A stretch of 64,000 nt of DNA, taken from positions 4,611,950-4,675,949 of the forward strand of contig NC_134026.1 in NCBI RefSeq assembly GCF_964204645.1. The letters run 5' to 3'. The notes below the pieces were generated by a model. The model saw nothing but the letters and a program-made list of their open reading frames with translations, had not been told where the DNA came from and made no database searches. Of this stretch, positions 12,650 to 25,100 are shown in pieces (positions within the stretch are counted from its first letter, which is position 1; every line of letters begins with the position of its first letter). The stretch comes from Tubulanus polymorphus. Taxonomy: Eukaryota; Animalia; Nemertea. The position numbers and the translations under genes are program-made.

Positions 12650-14679
12650 ATGGTGAGTTTGAATTCTACCGAATTTGAATGGTTCTTGTTTCTTTAATCT
12701 TTTTTTTGCTAGCCAGGCGCCCAAGGGCAGGCAATCCTGGAATCCCTTCGCTCCCCATCTCTCTTCCTATTGCAAATGTAGCAATGATAAAGATTGTGCT
12801 TATCAGATGATCGGTAGATGGTTAGATACAGAGGCTATCCATCTAATGAATGGCAATGCAGTTCTGTTCGAAAGTTTGATGGATAATTTGTTTGAACCAT
12901 CAAATTCAAACGGAGGATACACAAGCTTAAATCTTTTTGTTTTTTCAGTTACCTCTGTCACTACTGAAGACGGCAGTGAACCATCCTATGGTAAGAAACC
13001 TTTTTTTGTCTCCTAGTTCCTGAAGAGGAATTTCTGGGTTATACGTGGCAAATTTGTTTCTGATATTTTTATGTGAAATACCGATCCAGTTCCACAGTTC
13101 AAGGGATTTGACTTAATGATTAAAACATTGGTAAATCTAATAAAGTAATTTTAACTTTCAAAGTGAAACTTAATTCAGAACTGTGGAACCAGGTCCCGAT
13201 GCACCATAATCAGGATTTTAGGTGTGATTCATTACTGAATTCTAAATTACAGTTGGTTGAATTGAAAAATGGAGAAACATACAATGGACATTTAGTAAGT
13301 TGTGATAATTGGATGAACATAAATCTCAGAGAAGTGATTTGCACATCAAGGGTAGGTTTGATAAAACTTTATTGAATCAAAAATTAAAGGGCTCTTGTCT
13401 TAAAGTTTCATCTATATTTTGAGATGGGTGCATTTTTTACAGGATGGTGATAAATTTTGGAAAATGCCTGAATGTTATATTCGTGGCAGCACGATAAAAT
13501 ATCTGCGGATACCCGATGAGGTGATCGACATGGTTAAAGAGGACGTACTTCAGAAGTCGAGAGGTCGTGGTGAGGGTCGAGGACGAGGTGGACCGCAGCG
13601 AGGACGAGGAGGTCCTGGAAGAGGTAATCAAATTATTTGTCTAACAGTCGTTTCTTCTTTATGTGGAAATTGTTACCATGTACGTTCATCTTACGGTCGT
13701 TTCTCGGCATTGATTTTTACGGAGGTTGTTATTGCATAGGTTTTATCAGTTATCAGTCGACTTAAACCAGCGATTGATTGGCTCCAAGAATATTTTGTCG
13801 AATGACATAGCTCTCTGCTATTTCAATGCCCAAAAGGTCTATTAAATGTATGATTCTCGCTTTCCGAGAAATTAATCTCCATCGCTGTAAGAAAGAACTT
13901 CTATATTTACGACTTGTATTTCATGCAGGAATTAAAATGTTGTGAGTCTTAGTTCTCAGAAATCTGATTTACTGCCATAAATATTTGAGTCATACAGTTT
14001 TCCCTTTTTAAACGTTTCCCCCTCAGAGCATGAGTGCTGCATTGAATGGATTTTTTAAAGCGAGCTGCGATTATATATTGGCTTCATTAAGCTCTAAACG
14101 AACGCAGTAAATGTTTCAGAGCATTCTTATCTGGCAAGAAGCCCCCGATATATTCATATTCCTGTCAGCCTAAGTGCCAATAAATGGTACCGACCAAAGA
14201 ACGTTGAGCGAACAAATTTGTTGTCCTGTCAGACGAAAACTAATTCATCGTAATGTTTTACTACAACTAGGTATTATGCGTTTCAGGTTTTCGTTTATTA
14301 TTCTCAGTCGTTCTCTTACTTATTACAAATAGTCACTCAACGTAAGTGCTTGTTAAGACTTGCGTCAGTCATCTGAGAAGCTCCTGAACATATGTTTTCG
14401 TATCATTATCTCGGAGATTAAGAACGAACGAACCATTTATTCCGGTCATAATAGTGTCGGATCTGTACACGAAATAAGTTTTATAGATTTCTTGAGATGT
14501 CTAGACACGCTTTTTATGAATGTTACATCATCTCACTCGCGTTTTAGCTTTTTTCGGCTTTAAATCTTATTAATACGGGCTTTTTATCTTACGAAATTGC
14601 AGGTACATTCGGCGGCCGTGGTGGCGGACGAGGCGGTGGCCGAGGAAAACCACCCGGAAAAGGTCGTGGAATGAATTAG
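12650..14679 (+). CDS. LSM4: U6 snRNA-associated Sm-like protein LSm4, 5 coding exons, 133 aa
   Basis: Exons 12650-12652 (ATG only, then gtgagt), 12949-12990, 13253-13351, 13443-13623, 14603-14679 give [77 protein letters not shown] followed by an RGG tail. Confidence 0.96.
13089..13189. mobile_element. MITE relic in LSM4 intron 2; related fragment at ~43325-43394
   Basis: TIR cores gttccacagttc / gaactgtggaac; ttttaactttcaaa...actgtggaac recurs near 43344-43394. Confidence 0.5.
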
Positions 14680-16140
14680 TTCGCAGACGGCAGTTCCCGT
14701 TGATATGTATTTTATTATGTAACTTACTTGAATGTGTGCTGTAAAATAATCATGTAATTTTTGTAAAGAAAATTTACAAACCGTGTAGTTCTTTTTTATG
14801 ATGATAATAATAATAATATGTTTCCATGTTTCTGTAATATATTCTCGTCGAGGCTCTTGTTGTTTTTGTTGCTTCCACTTCTGTGGAATCTCATACCTCT
14901 GATTTCCGAGAAACATGCATCCAAAGTACGCGGAGGATTTGTGGAACAATACCACCCCCCCCCCCCCCCACAGACAATGTGCAAATTATCGCCGGTTAAC
15001 TTGACGAACGTAAAAAACGGGTGACTGTGGCCACGTGGTTTCCTACGCGCACTCTCAATGGGGGAGCTGTGAGGGTAGTTTTACAAAGGGTAATTAATCT
15101 GCGAGGGGCTTTATATTGTCTTGATACCGATAGTAATTTTGGCATGTTTGTCTGAGATGGTAACTTGGCTTTGTTTTGAGGTGTCACTTTCAACATTTCT
15201 ATCGATAAATGAACTTGTTTATGTTGTTTGGATTCGACGAAGCTTAGCGGGAATCTGACGGTTTTAATTGCGTGCCACAAACAAGATGCGGTCGAGTGTG
15301 AAAATTCCCATTCCAATTAGTTGCACTTCGTAAATGCATTTTGTCTCAAAACATTTCTTGTCAGCATATTCCGAATAAACCTCTCGTTATGTCCACGGAG
15401 CCGGTGATCAATTACCTCAAGTTTAACAAAAATTAGTTCTGTCATCTTCACACAACATGGGCGCATTTTTACCCTATGGTACTAATCCACAGCTGACGCA
15501 TAAAAACTTCTTTTTTTAAACATACCCCTCGAATTCACTGGCGTTTTTATGTTTACACGGTCGATTGTAGTTTCTTTGAAAAATCTGACTCCTTTATACA
15601 TTACATAGATACGACGTTTGAAGTATGAATGGTAAGCAAGTCACACACAATATTAATGATACTATAAAAGGCTTAGTTTATTGGGCCTGTTCAATGTCTT
15701 TGAACTCTTGTTCGAACTGTATACGGTGTTAGCAATAAAAACGACCATTCATGAAAATAAAAAGTCGGCCGGTGACTATAGACGAGGAAGAAACTCAAAA
15801 CTACTCGGATGCCGACATAGCGAGCGGCGTGAGCAATCATTAGTGCTGATTGGACGGTTGGATCGACTCAAGTTTTATTAAGCGTATAGACGATCTAATC
15901 GCGTTCGTGAGTTTAAAGGTGCATCTCGAGACGCAGAGAGAGAGCGAGTCAGTGGATGAACACCGCACGTTGCGCTCGAAATGTGCTACCGAATCGGATT
16001 TAGAATTTAGCACTCGCGATCTGCAGCTTCCGAGACACTGATGGACCACAGCGCCAAATTCCGGCTCCTCGGCGGGCAAACGGGTGACTTCGTTTGGCGG
16101 TGAAACTTCGTGTCACTCGCTCGATGGATCGCGGTCAACC

Positions 16141-19100
16141 ATGTTCCACTGGATGGTATTCGCTATGTTCTTGTTACAAAGTATGTGGCCTAATAACGTC
16201 AAACACACTCCCAGGCATAAAAATCGGCCGAATAAACCGTCGTGCCAACATTCCACCAACGTGAGTACAGTATTTTCAGATTTTTCGGTTTTTTTTTATT
16301 CGGAAGTTTTTTTTCGATTCATTTTTAACTAATTTAATTCTTACTTGTGGAAGTAACAACTTTAGGAGTTAAAGAGGCATTTTGGTATAAAAGCATTCCG
16401 ATTTATTCGTGGCGATTTATAGGTCATAGCGAGAACTGGAAACTAGGTTCACACGCAATATTGACCAGCAAATAATATTTCTGTCACGACAGGGTGTGGT
16501 TGTTTGTTTACTGTAACGCGCAGATGTCACGAAGAGTACGTTGATCATTGAAGTGTTAATTCCACTTGTCGAGACCTCGGTGTTGTCACTGCCGAGATTA
16601 AAGGCGTTTAGCTCCCGTAATTCCCAGAAACAACAGATATTTCAAGTAGGCCACTTTCGATCATAAGTGTTTTAACGCAACCACTCGACGACGTACTGTT
16701 TGAACGCGGCCGAGTAGGAATTACGATTGCGAAGATATACGCATTATTTTCCATCCGTTAATCGGGCAAGCCTAACATTTATCTAATCCTATTACAATCT
16801 ATAAGTGTATATCTTGTTTTCTCTTAGCGACCACCGGAGCCGTGTCAATCGAAGAATGCCCGTGCTGCATACGTCTCCGGGCAATCTTTCATTTATCAGG
16901 CAATTATTGACAACTAATTTGTGGTCGTTTCCGTGTATGGTAACACTGAGGGGTCCGAGACTTCATAATTCAATAATTCACTGTTAGTTTCCGCGAAGTT
17001 TCACAGGTGATGATTTTCCCGATAAGTTAAGAGACCACCAACGGACGCTGTCACGCGAATTTCAAATCGATTCGCCGAATCGAAGTGACTGTTAACGAGA
17101 AACGTTTCGATCATACGTATCTATATTTAATTTACATCGATATAAAATAAGATACCGAATATCAATACAGAAACCTTGATAGAACTCGTGGCACTATATT
17201 CCATGCCCCATTAGAGAGGATTAAGGTAATCGTTGTGGATTAACATCAAACTAACGTTTCTTTTGAATCTTATTCGGATTTTCTTCTTGACTATCTAAAT
17301 GAATTATCACCTAATCTTACTCATGATAGAAAGTAGAATTAAATCGACCGGGCAAGCACCAGTTTCACGCTTAAATGTATAAGAAAATATACTCGTAGCA
17401 GTATAGATAAAAGGGCCATTGCCAAAGACATGATTTTCAAAGATTTCAAAGGCAAACTTTGCGTTATGAGCGCGTGAAAATGTTGTTGGAATTTTTCGCT
17501 TCGCATGAAAAGGACTACAAGAGAACACGGCGGGCATCAGGCGTGATGGCGAGCAGGTGTAGCTATCACAATAGTAACGCACTAATTTCTCGATTTCTCA
17601 GATATTACATTCGCTTCTTTCTGCCCAGGTTTCTGATAAACAGCTGCGGAATGATGCTAATTAATTGATTCCTGCTTCATACGCATTATTTCCGTAAATT
17701 CGCCTGTCGTAACTTTTCTTAACAAACGTTGTTTATCAGCGAGGGGCAAGAATTCCATTAGATTTTTTGTAATAGCCGCGTCGTACATATTCACAAATTG
17801 AATCATTCAACGTGGCAGCCATTAGAATTTCTCCGAAAATAACCTAACAATCTTTAAGTTTTTTGAAGGTCAGTTGCTTTATGAAATAATTGATTGATTT
17901 CATGAACATATTACACAGCTCAGCAATAGAAGAAACTGCCTGCAATCTATTGAACCTTGAACGAAATACGTCCGGAATTGTTTAGCTTCGCTAGTCGGAA
18001 AATTGAAATCGCAATTCAATAAACCGCCAGTGACAGAAACCGTTAATGATTTCCAAAAAGAATCATTTACCGGATCGATATAGTTACTTTTTCTGGCGTA
18101 TCGTTTTTATTGGTTCTATCCGTCCATTAAATATCGTTATCGGAAATTATCGTTGACGCTCGGAGTTGAAGGGTAATGAGAAATTAAGAAACGACCACAC
18201 ACGCAACGCGCACGATCAATGCAAGGATTGTAATACGATTAATTTGGGAATTATCAGAAATCGTTGCGAGTTATTTAGCCGCTCGCGCTGAGATCGGAAA
18301 ATGTTTTTCACGACAGCCACGGCGTCGACAAATTGAATTAAGGCATTCGATCCGGTAAACTGCGCGTGTACGTCCGGTGCACAGTCACTGAAGGTTAAGG
18401 TCTAAAAACCGTGACTTTGAAGAGACGTTAAAAGAAAATAGAATATTCTATATTTCTCTCTAACTAGAAAATTCAGAATTTACAAAACTTTAAATAGAAA
18501 ACGAAAATGAACATAGAATAGAATAATGATAGATATAGTCGACATTTACAAATCTAGCGAGTTTAATATGGATATTATCATAAAAGATAGAACAAGTGTC
18601 TGCTCACTGTTAGAAATTGAGATGTCGACATTCAATTTATTTTGATTTAGCAATCCTCGAGTCAGAGCCCAAAACGCTTTCATTTCTGGTACTCAATGCA
18701 GATTGAAAATATCAAAACCTTCTTGAATTTCTGCACGTTTCGTACCAATGTTAAACACGCAGCTGTTGCTTTTGATGGTGACGATTTAAATCGGAAACGA
18801 CAACATTCAATTCGTTAATTGTAAATACATGTAGTTCCACATTGTAGCCATTGAAATATTAAAGGCGGGGTGCTAATGGGGTCATTAGTGTTCTACGGTT
18901 TCCGATCTCGTCCTATTGTCGCAATCAATCGCTTTTCACACATTAGTCAGTATTGTTCTCAACTTGTTACGTAATCGTAGTGACGCGCCACATTTGGCCT
19001 CTAAACATACATCTTCTATAACCGTTCATTCAGATGCGAAAATTAGATAATCAACGGTGAAAATAAGCAAATCTTATTTGAAAATTCAAATCGTTTCACG

Positions 19101-22100
19101 ATTAAGTTTCTCTTCAAATACGGCAGAAATTCCACGCAGGCCTCGTGTTTTCCATAACATCGTGGAATTTGCAGGGGCGGATCCAGGCTAGAAGAAAACC
19201 TCATATGAGAAGGGAACTTTTTACGAATCTATGTACGTAATTTTAGTGCATTTTGCTGATTTAAGCAATACTTTGCACTTTCGTCATGTCGGGTGGAATT
19301 TTTCACCTGTAACTTTCCAGAGGGCACTTGGTTCGAACTCCTCTGGGCCCGCTCCTGATTTGCCAATATGCATATATTCTATTTTCAACATCACAGAAGA
19401 TGCCTTTGGTAATTATCAAGGCGTATCGTATAGTGGGAATGCCGTTTAAAGCGTTTACTCTCTTTCTTTTCAGCAAAGTTCTCTCAATTCATTCTTATGG
19501 ACGATCGAGAACAGAGATCCGCCATCGTACTTCTTCGGCACGATTCACGTGCCGTACACGAAAGTTTGGGACTTCATCCCCGACAACACAAAACGGGCAT
19601 TCCTGAGATCGCAATACGTCTTCTTCGAACTAGACCTAACCGATCCGTTTACCATATCGGCCCTTGCCAACTGCCAACTGTTACCTCAAGGGGAATACCT
19701 TTCGAACATTCTGCCGAAAGAGCTGTTTTACAGACTGAAAAAGCACTTCGATTATGTGAAAGACATGTTGCCCGTGTGGATGACCTCTGACCAGCGAGGG
19801 AGGGGATGGTACGCTGATTATCTATTTAACGCGCTAGCCGGAAACTGGGAACGAAAACGTCCCGTATGGGTGATGTTACTGGTAAACTCGTTGACTGAAG
19901 CGGATATCAGAACTCGCGGCATCCCGGTTTTAGATTTGTACCTGGCTCAAGAGGCCGAAAGACTCGGGAAGCAGACAGGCGCCGTAGAAAGGGTCGAGGA
20001 ACAGTGTCTCCCGTTAAACGATCTCAATTTCTCACAGGTAAGTGCGAAACATCTATGGCACCATTCGAAGCCACATGAGCTTTTTGTAAAACACAGATCT
20101 TCCTCACGCAAAAAGCCCAGATCGAAAAAAAATCATTTTCCCATACACACAAAAAGGCTCAGATCGAAAAATTTCATTAAAAGAAATTAATATCTTAATT
20201 AATTCGTCATTTCCTCTGAGAAGGAAGAGCCGATTACTGATTAATGATGATCGACAAACTGATATATCGAAAGATCAAGAGGATGTCTACTGTATGCAAG
20301 ATCGTTTAAACAGGATTATCATTACGAGATTGGTGAAGGTCTTCAGCGAGAGCATGTCCGCGATGTCATTACATCTTCGATACTGTGCGTGCAATTAGAG
20401 TGGCAAGATCAAAGGAGTTTGCCGCCTGAATTTCACGCAGTCTCATGTAGCAGGCCCTTTGTAATTTTCAACCCGCACATATACATGTACATATATGTAT
20501 ATAGTGTTTGCGTCAATTTCAGTGTTCGCCTAGTTGACCAGTAGATATTCACATAGCGCTAATGAGACGAGTTCTTGTGAATGTCTCTTCTGTTTTCAAT
20601 ATCCTTTGATGTATCAATCGGATATTATTGGTTATCACCGATTTCACTTTGATCTTTCCGATCCTGAGTGTATTTGAAGGTGGAAGCACTGTCGGATGAA
20701 CTGTCGCGACCCGTCGTCTCGTCGCCCGTCCCGGTGATCGATAGTTCATTACGGAGTTTGCCGAAGGAATATTGGCTTCGGGAAACTACCGCAGGTCTCG
20801 GTTCATTTTGCATCCAAAATTAAAACAAATTTTTCTCGGCATATTTTCGGTAGTTTTGATATTATGATTGAGACATCACGAATCCAGCTGTTATTTCCAC
20901 TCTTGTTGACGCCCGGTGACCACCGCATGTGACACTCTCATTATTTACGATACCTAATTATAATGCATGTTCCCATAGTTCGACGCTGTTTTGCTTGCAC
21001 GCTTGCTCGCACATTTACCGCGTCGACAGATTGTTATTTTGTGCCGGTATGAAATAAGGTGGATCTTTCTCGTATATGTATACCACTCTCTCCTTCTGTC
21101 TATTCTTAATTGGGCATTCATGGACAGGTATGGGGCCAATCGTGTGCAAACTTGGCAACTGTCATTCTGTGACCTGACATATACGAACCGAGATTCTTGG
21201 GACGCCGCGTTGTCATCCACTGCTTGCACTCGGTGACCTTTCGAAAAACTACCCCGTTGAGGTTTTTATGTCACAAATAGAAAGCCTAATTTAAACAGTC
21301 GATCTTATGTCTTTTGAGTATCGGAGCAGATACTTTCCAGCGCAATTTGTTGCCAACTCTTGCAGGAGTTAACATTCACATTAGTAATATTCAGAATTAC
21401 GCATTCAATGGCAACGAAACTTAGCGATGAAATAAAGATATTTGAAGTGTTATGTTAATTCGAAAGTCTAGATATAGATCATGTTCAGTTTTGCGTAGAA
21501 ATTCCCGCACGAACGAAATATTACATAAGTAACTGAAGCCGAGAAAGTCTGACCGAATAAAAACACGCGTTACGAATAGTCGAATTAAATATAGAACAAA
21601 AATTAAGACACGGAAATTGAATATCAAATGCAAACGCTGATCTAGCTCTACGGTATGGTATTCACGCTGAGAAGTATCTTTTTTATTAATTGCCTTGTAA
21701 GTTTCGTACATAATTGGCGAAGGAAATAGCACAGCATGTGTCAAGGGACCGCTTACATTAAAAACGATTCTACCTGTACATTTGACAACTTTTCAAGTGA
21801 TTGTACTCGACAAATATGTACATTTTGAGGATTTTGTACTTCACGCGTATTTTCAAAACAATTCGTGACATATCTACGTGCAATCTGGGACCGATGCTTT
21901 TGGGTCGAGGGCCGTTCAAACTTAATCGAAAAAAGTCCAGTTTCATATCAATATGAAATATCAGCAAATGCGGCATCATTTAATGATATAACTTGTATGT
22001 TTTCTGACTCAGTAATTTGCCAGAAGATTATTATTTCTTGGAAACCGTGTCGTAATGCAAACATGGAAAACCAAGCTCCTATGGTGTTTTGCTTCCCGTT

Positions 22101-25100
22101 TACAAGAAGGCAATCCTCATCAGCTGTTTAGATTTCACCACGCCATACTAATCCGCATTTACTCAATACTTTGGACAGCGGCAAATTCTCTTTGATGTTG
22201 TCGGATTTGCTGTGTACTAGTATATGTATTTATTCGAGTAATCAGATTCCCCTTTCGCTAATTGTAAGCAAACATACTTATTGATTCGGCGTTGGCGCGT
22301 CGAATTTTCAAATGTTCTCAAGTTTCGGCGGCCACGCAAAACTACGTCACGTATGTACACCCGGTGGACGATTCATGAATTAAATGGCAACTTTTTGGGG
22401 AAAAATAACGCCCCAGGGATGCACATGAATGTATATGAATATAAATCTATTTTACCGTAAAGAAATGTGTACAAAGGTATCGAAAGCAATAGCGATGAGG
22501 GCACCTGGCCACATCGTTTGTTCAAGTCAGATCATTCTCCATTGGCTTTCTTAACAGTATCATTAAACAGTTTTATCACGCAGCGCTATTTCAACAGGTT
22601 CGTCGGCTAACAAGTTAAACACGTCTTCGGCTACCCGGCGCTTGCAAACTACAAGTTGTGACATAAGAGCCAGGAAATGTTTGTAAATTGTTTACCTAAC
22701 TTAACTTACCGCTACAATTTCTTTCGGCAATTTAACAATTAATCAGCCGGTTCTTTTTCGCGCGTGTCTAAAGCTGAAACTCAGTTGAAGCCAATTAACT
22801 GAAAGAGAATCCGACGATATAGTGTTGTACTTCTTCCATAGAGAACACCATTAAACTCGTTAATTCGTTCCGCCGAGCGCGTCTCCTGATTTTCGTTTGC
22901 CTCCTTCTAAATGGCACACCATCATTACCACATAGTAGACTTAATTACAAGTGAAAAGTTTATTCAGGTAAGATTTGAAAAAAAAATCCCGAACGTATTA
23001 TTAGTTAGTTTGCCTGTATAGATTTATTAGCTTTGGCAGCCTACAAGTAACGTTTGTTATCGTAAGTTATGGGCCGTTTGTTACGTTGGCAGAAAGTCTG
23101 TTGCGGTTAACACAAAATACAGTTAACATTTCGTACGTTCTGTCAATTCTCGAAGTAGCTGATAAATGATGACGCACACAGAACTGCAGATAGCGAATGG
23201 GTTGATTATGTTATAATATCGATGATGTTCAAAATGAGTCTCGTGATTTTCGTTGTCATATTTGCAAATCATTGTTGTCGGAAAGCCCTATTACAGCTCC
23301 GTCGGAAGTCACGAGGAAGCATTACGAGGCCATCCGAACAGATCCGGCCATCCATTTCCAGTTATCATTGTCAATCATTTACATTTCGCAGAATTGATAG
23401 CGACTATTTGACTGACCACGGTTTTTCGAAAAATAAGTTACCACGGGATCGATGGACAGGATTTACCCTTTGATGTGAGACGTGGTTCAACAGGTGAAGT
23501 TTATGTTTTCTATAAGGGTCAACAAAAAGGCAACAGCAGCAATATATCTAATTTTTTGCAATGGGGAAGTAATATGAACTAAAGATTCCAAACGTCACAT
23601 AAGCTTTTATATAAAGAAAAAAGGAAATGGCACGTATGACGAAAAGGCACCCCTTCTTTTCGCCAGGTAAATGACCTTATGTGACGAGATACCCTCGACG
23701 CGGGTATAGTGTGCGTATCGTCGACACAGTCAAAATGTGCAGCGGGATTTAGATGGACTGTTTAGTCTTATGTTTGTGGATGCTGTATACATCGAGCAAC
23801 GTTCAGACGAAAAATTGACGAACTCCGCTAATAAAGATGTACTTGTAAACTGGAGGACGGAACGGACGCGGCCATACCTGAAGTATCACTCGAGATTCTG
23901 TTCTTTAAGATGCAACATGGAGTCCCATGAAGCTATTTAGTGATTAGTATGTGTATGTGAGCGCGGCACGTTTCGTGTTGAGTTACAGATATACCGGTTG
24001 TAACGATTGATTGTACATTTTCACCGATTGTCGCTTTTAAGTACTCTTGACCGAAAACTCCAGAACAAAATCCCGACATCGATGTCATATCCAGCGTTAA
24101 ACCCGTGCATTTTATTCGCTTTTCTAGAAATGGCGTAACGTACGAAATCGTTCGACGTATATGCCTTGACATGAATTTTTAATAGAATATCATGTAAAAT
24201 CACTGGTGAAATATACTTTTAAAATGAATTATCTCGTTAACGCCAACGAGGCATCGCGTCGGAGGAATGCTGAGGTTGGTGAAGATACGGGTTTATCTAA
24301 CAGTTGAGGCGCAACACCTGTCCGAGATGTATCATTCGGTTGTATATAGTACGCGATAGTGAAAAATATACCCAATCGACGTTACCTCACGTTTAATGGT
24401 CAGCTTAAGTTGCCAGTTTTAGTATCCAGTTTTACTCCGTTCGAGCTACCAAAGTTACGAATGGCGCAACTCGATGAAATAAAAGGGTCGGCTTTTATTG
24501 CTTCGTGGTTCACTTAGATGGTGGTATAGCAAAAGAAAACCACGAGCGAAATGTTAGTCAGTTTTTGTGCTTAATTACCTTTCTCAGTACACACTTGTCC
24601 ACCAATTATTATGTAGGCCTGTTAGTTTCGTCTGGTTGTGACTTAGAAAAACACAAAAATAAGAAGAAACGCTCGCTCAAAACCTCGTTCGGGTTCGAAC
24701 AAAGACAAAGGAAATCGTCGGTGAATTTATCGACCATTAGATTTGCTGTGGCATTTTAAGAAAATACAAACGAATCATTATTGGCAAATGTTGTGCGCCT
24801 TCGAAGCAATTTCCAAAATACCGCCAATCAAGCCGATAGCCGATTGTTCCAGTATTCTCCCCTTTTCCTCAGTAGATCTGAATAAAAGTTTTGATCAACA
24901 GCTTACAAAGTTCTTCAGTGAAAAATAGCTGCTTTGATCGCTTCACCTACGGCCGTATATTTTCATATCAAAAACCTCTTTGTCCGATTAGAACCTTTGT
25001 AGATGGTATATACATTACATACTACAATATCCGAACATCGGGATCAAAGCCATGACTCTGGGGCAGACACGTGTAATTTTGTCGTTTTCAGTGTACGCGT

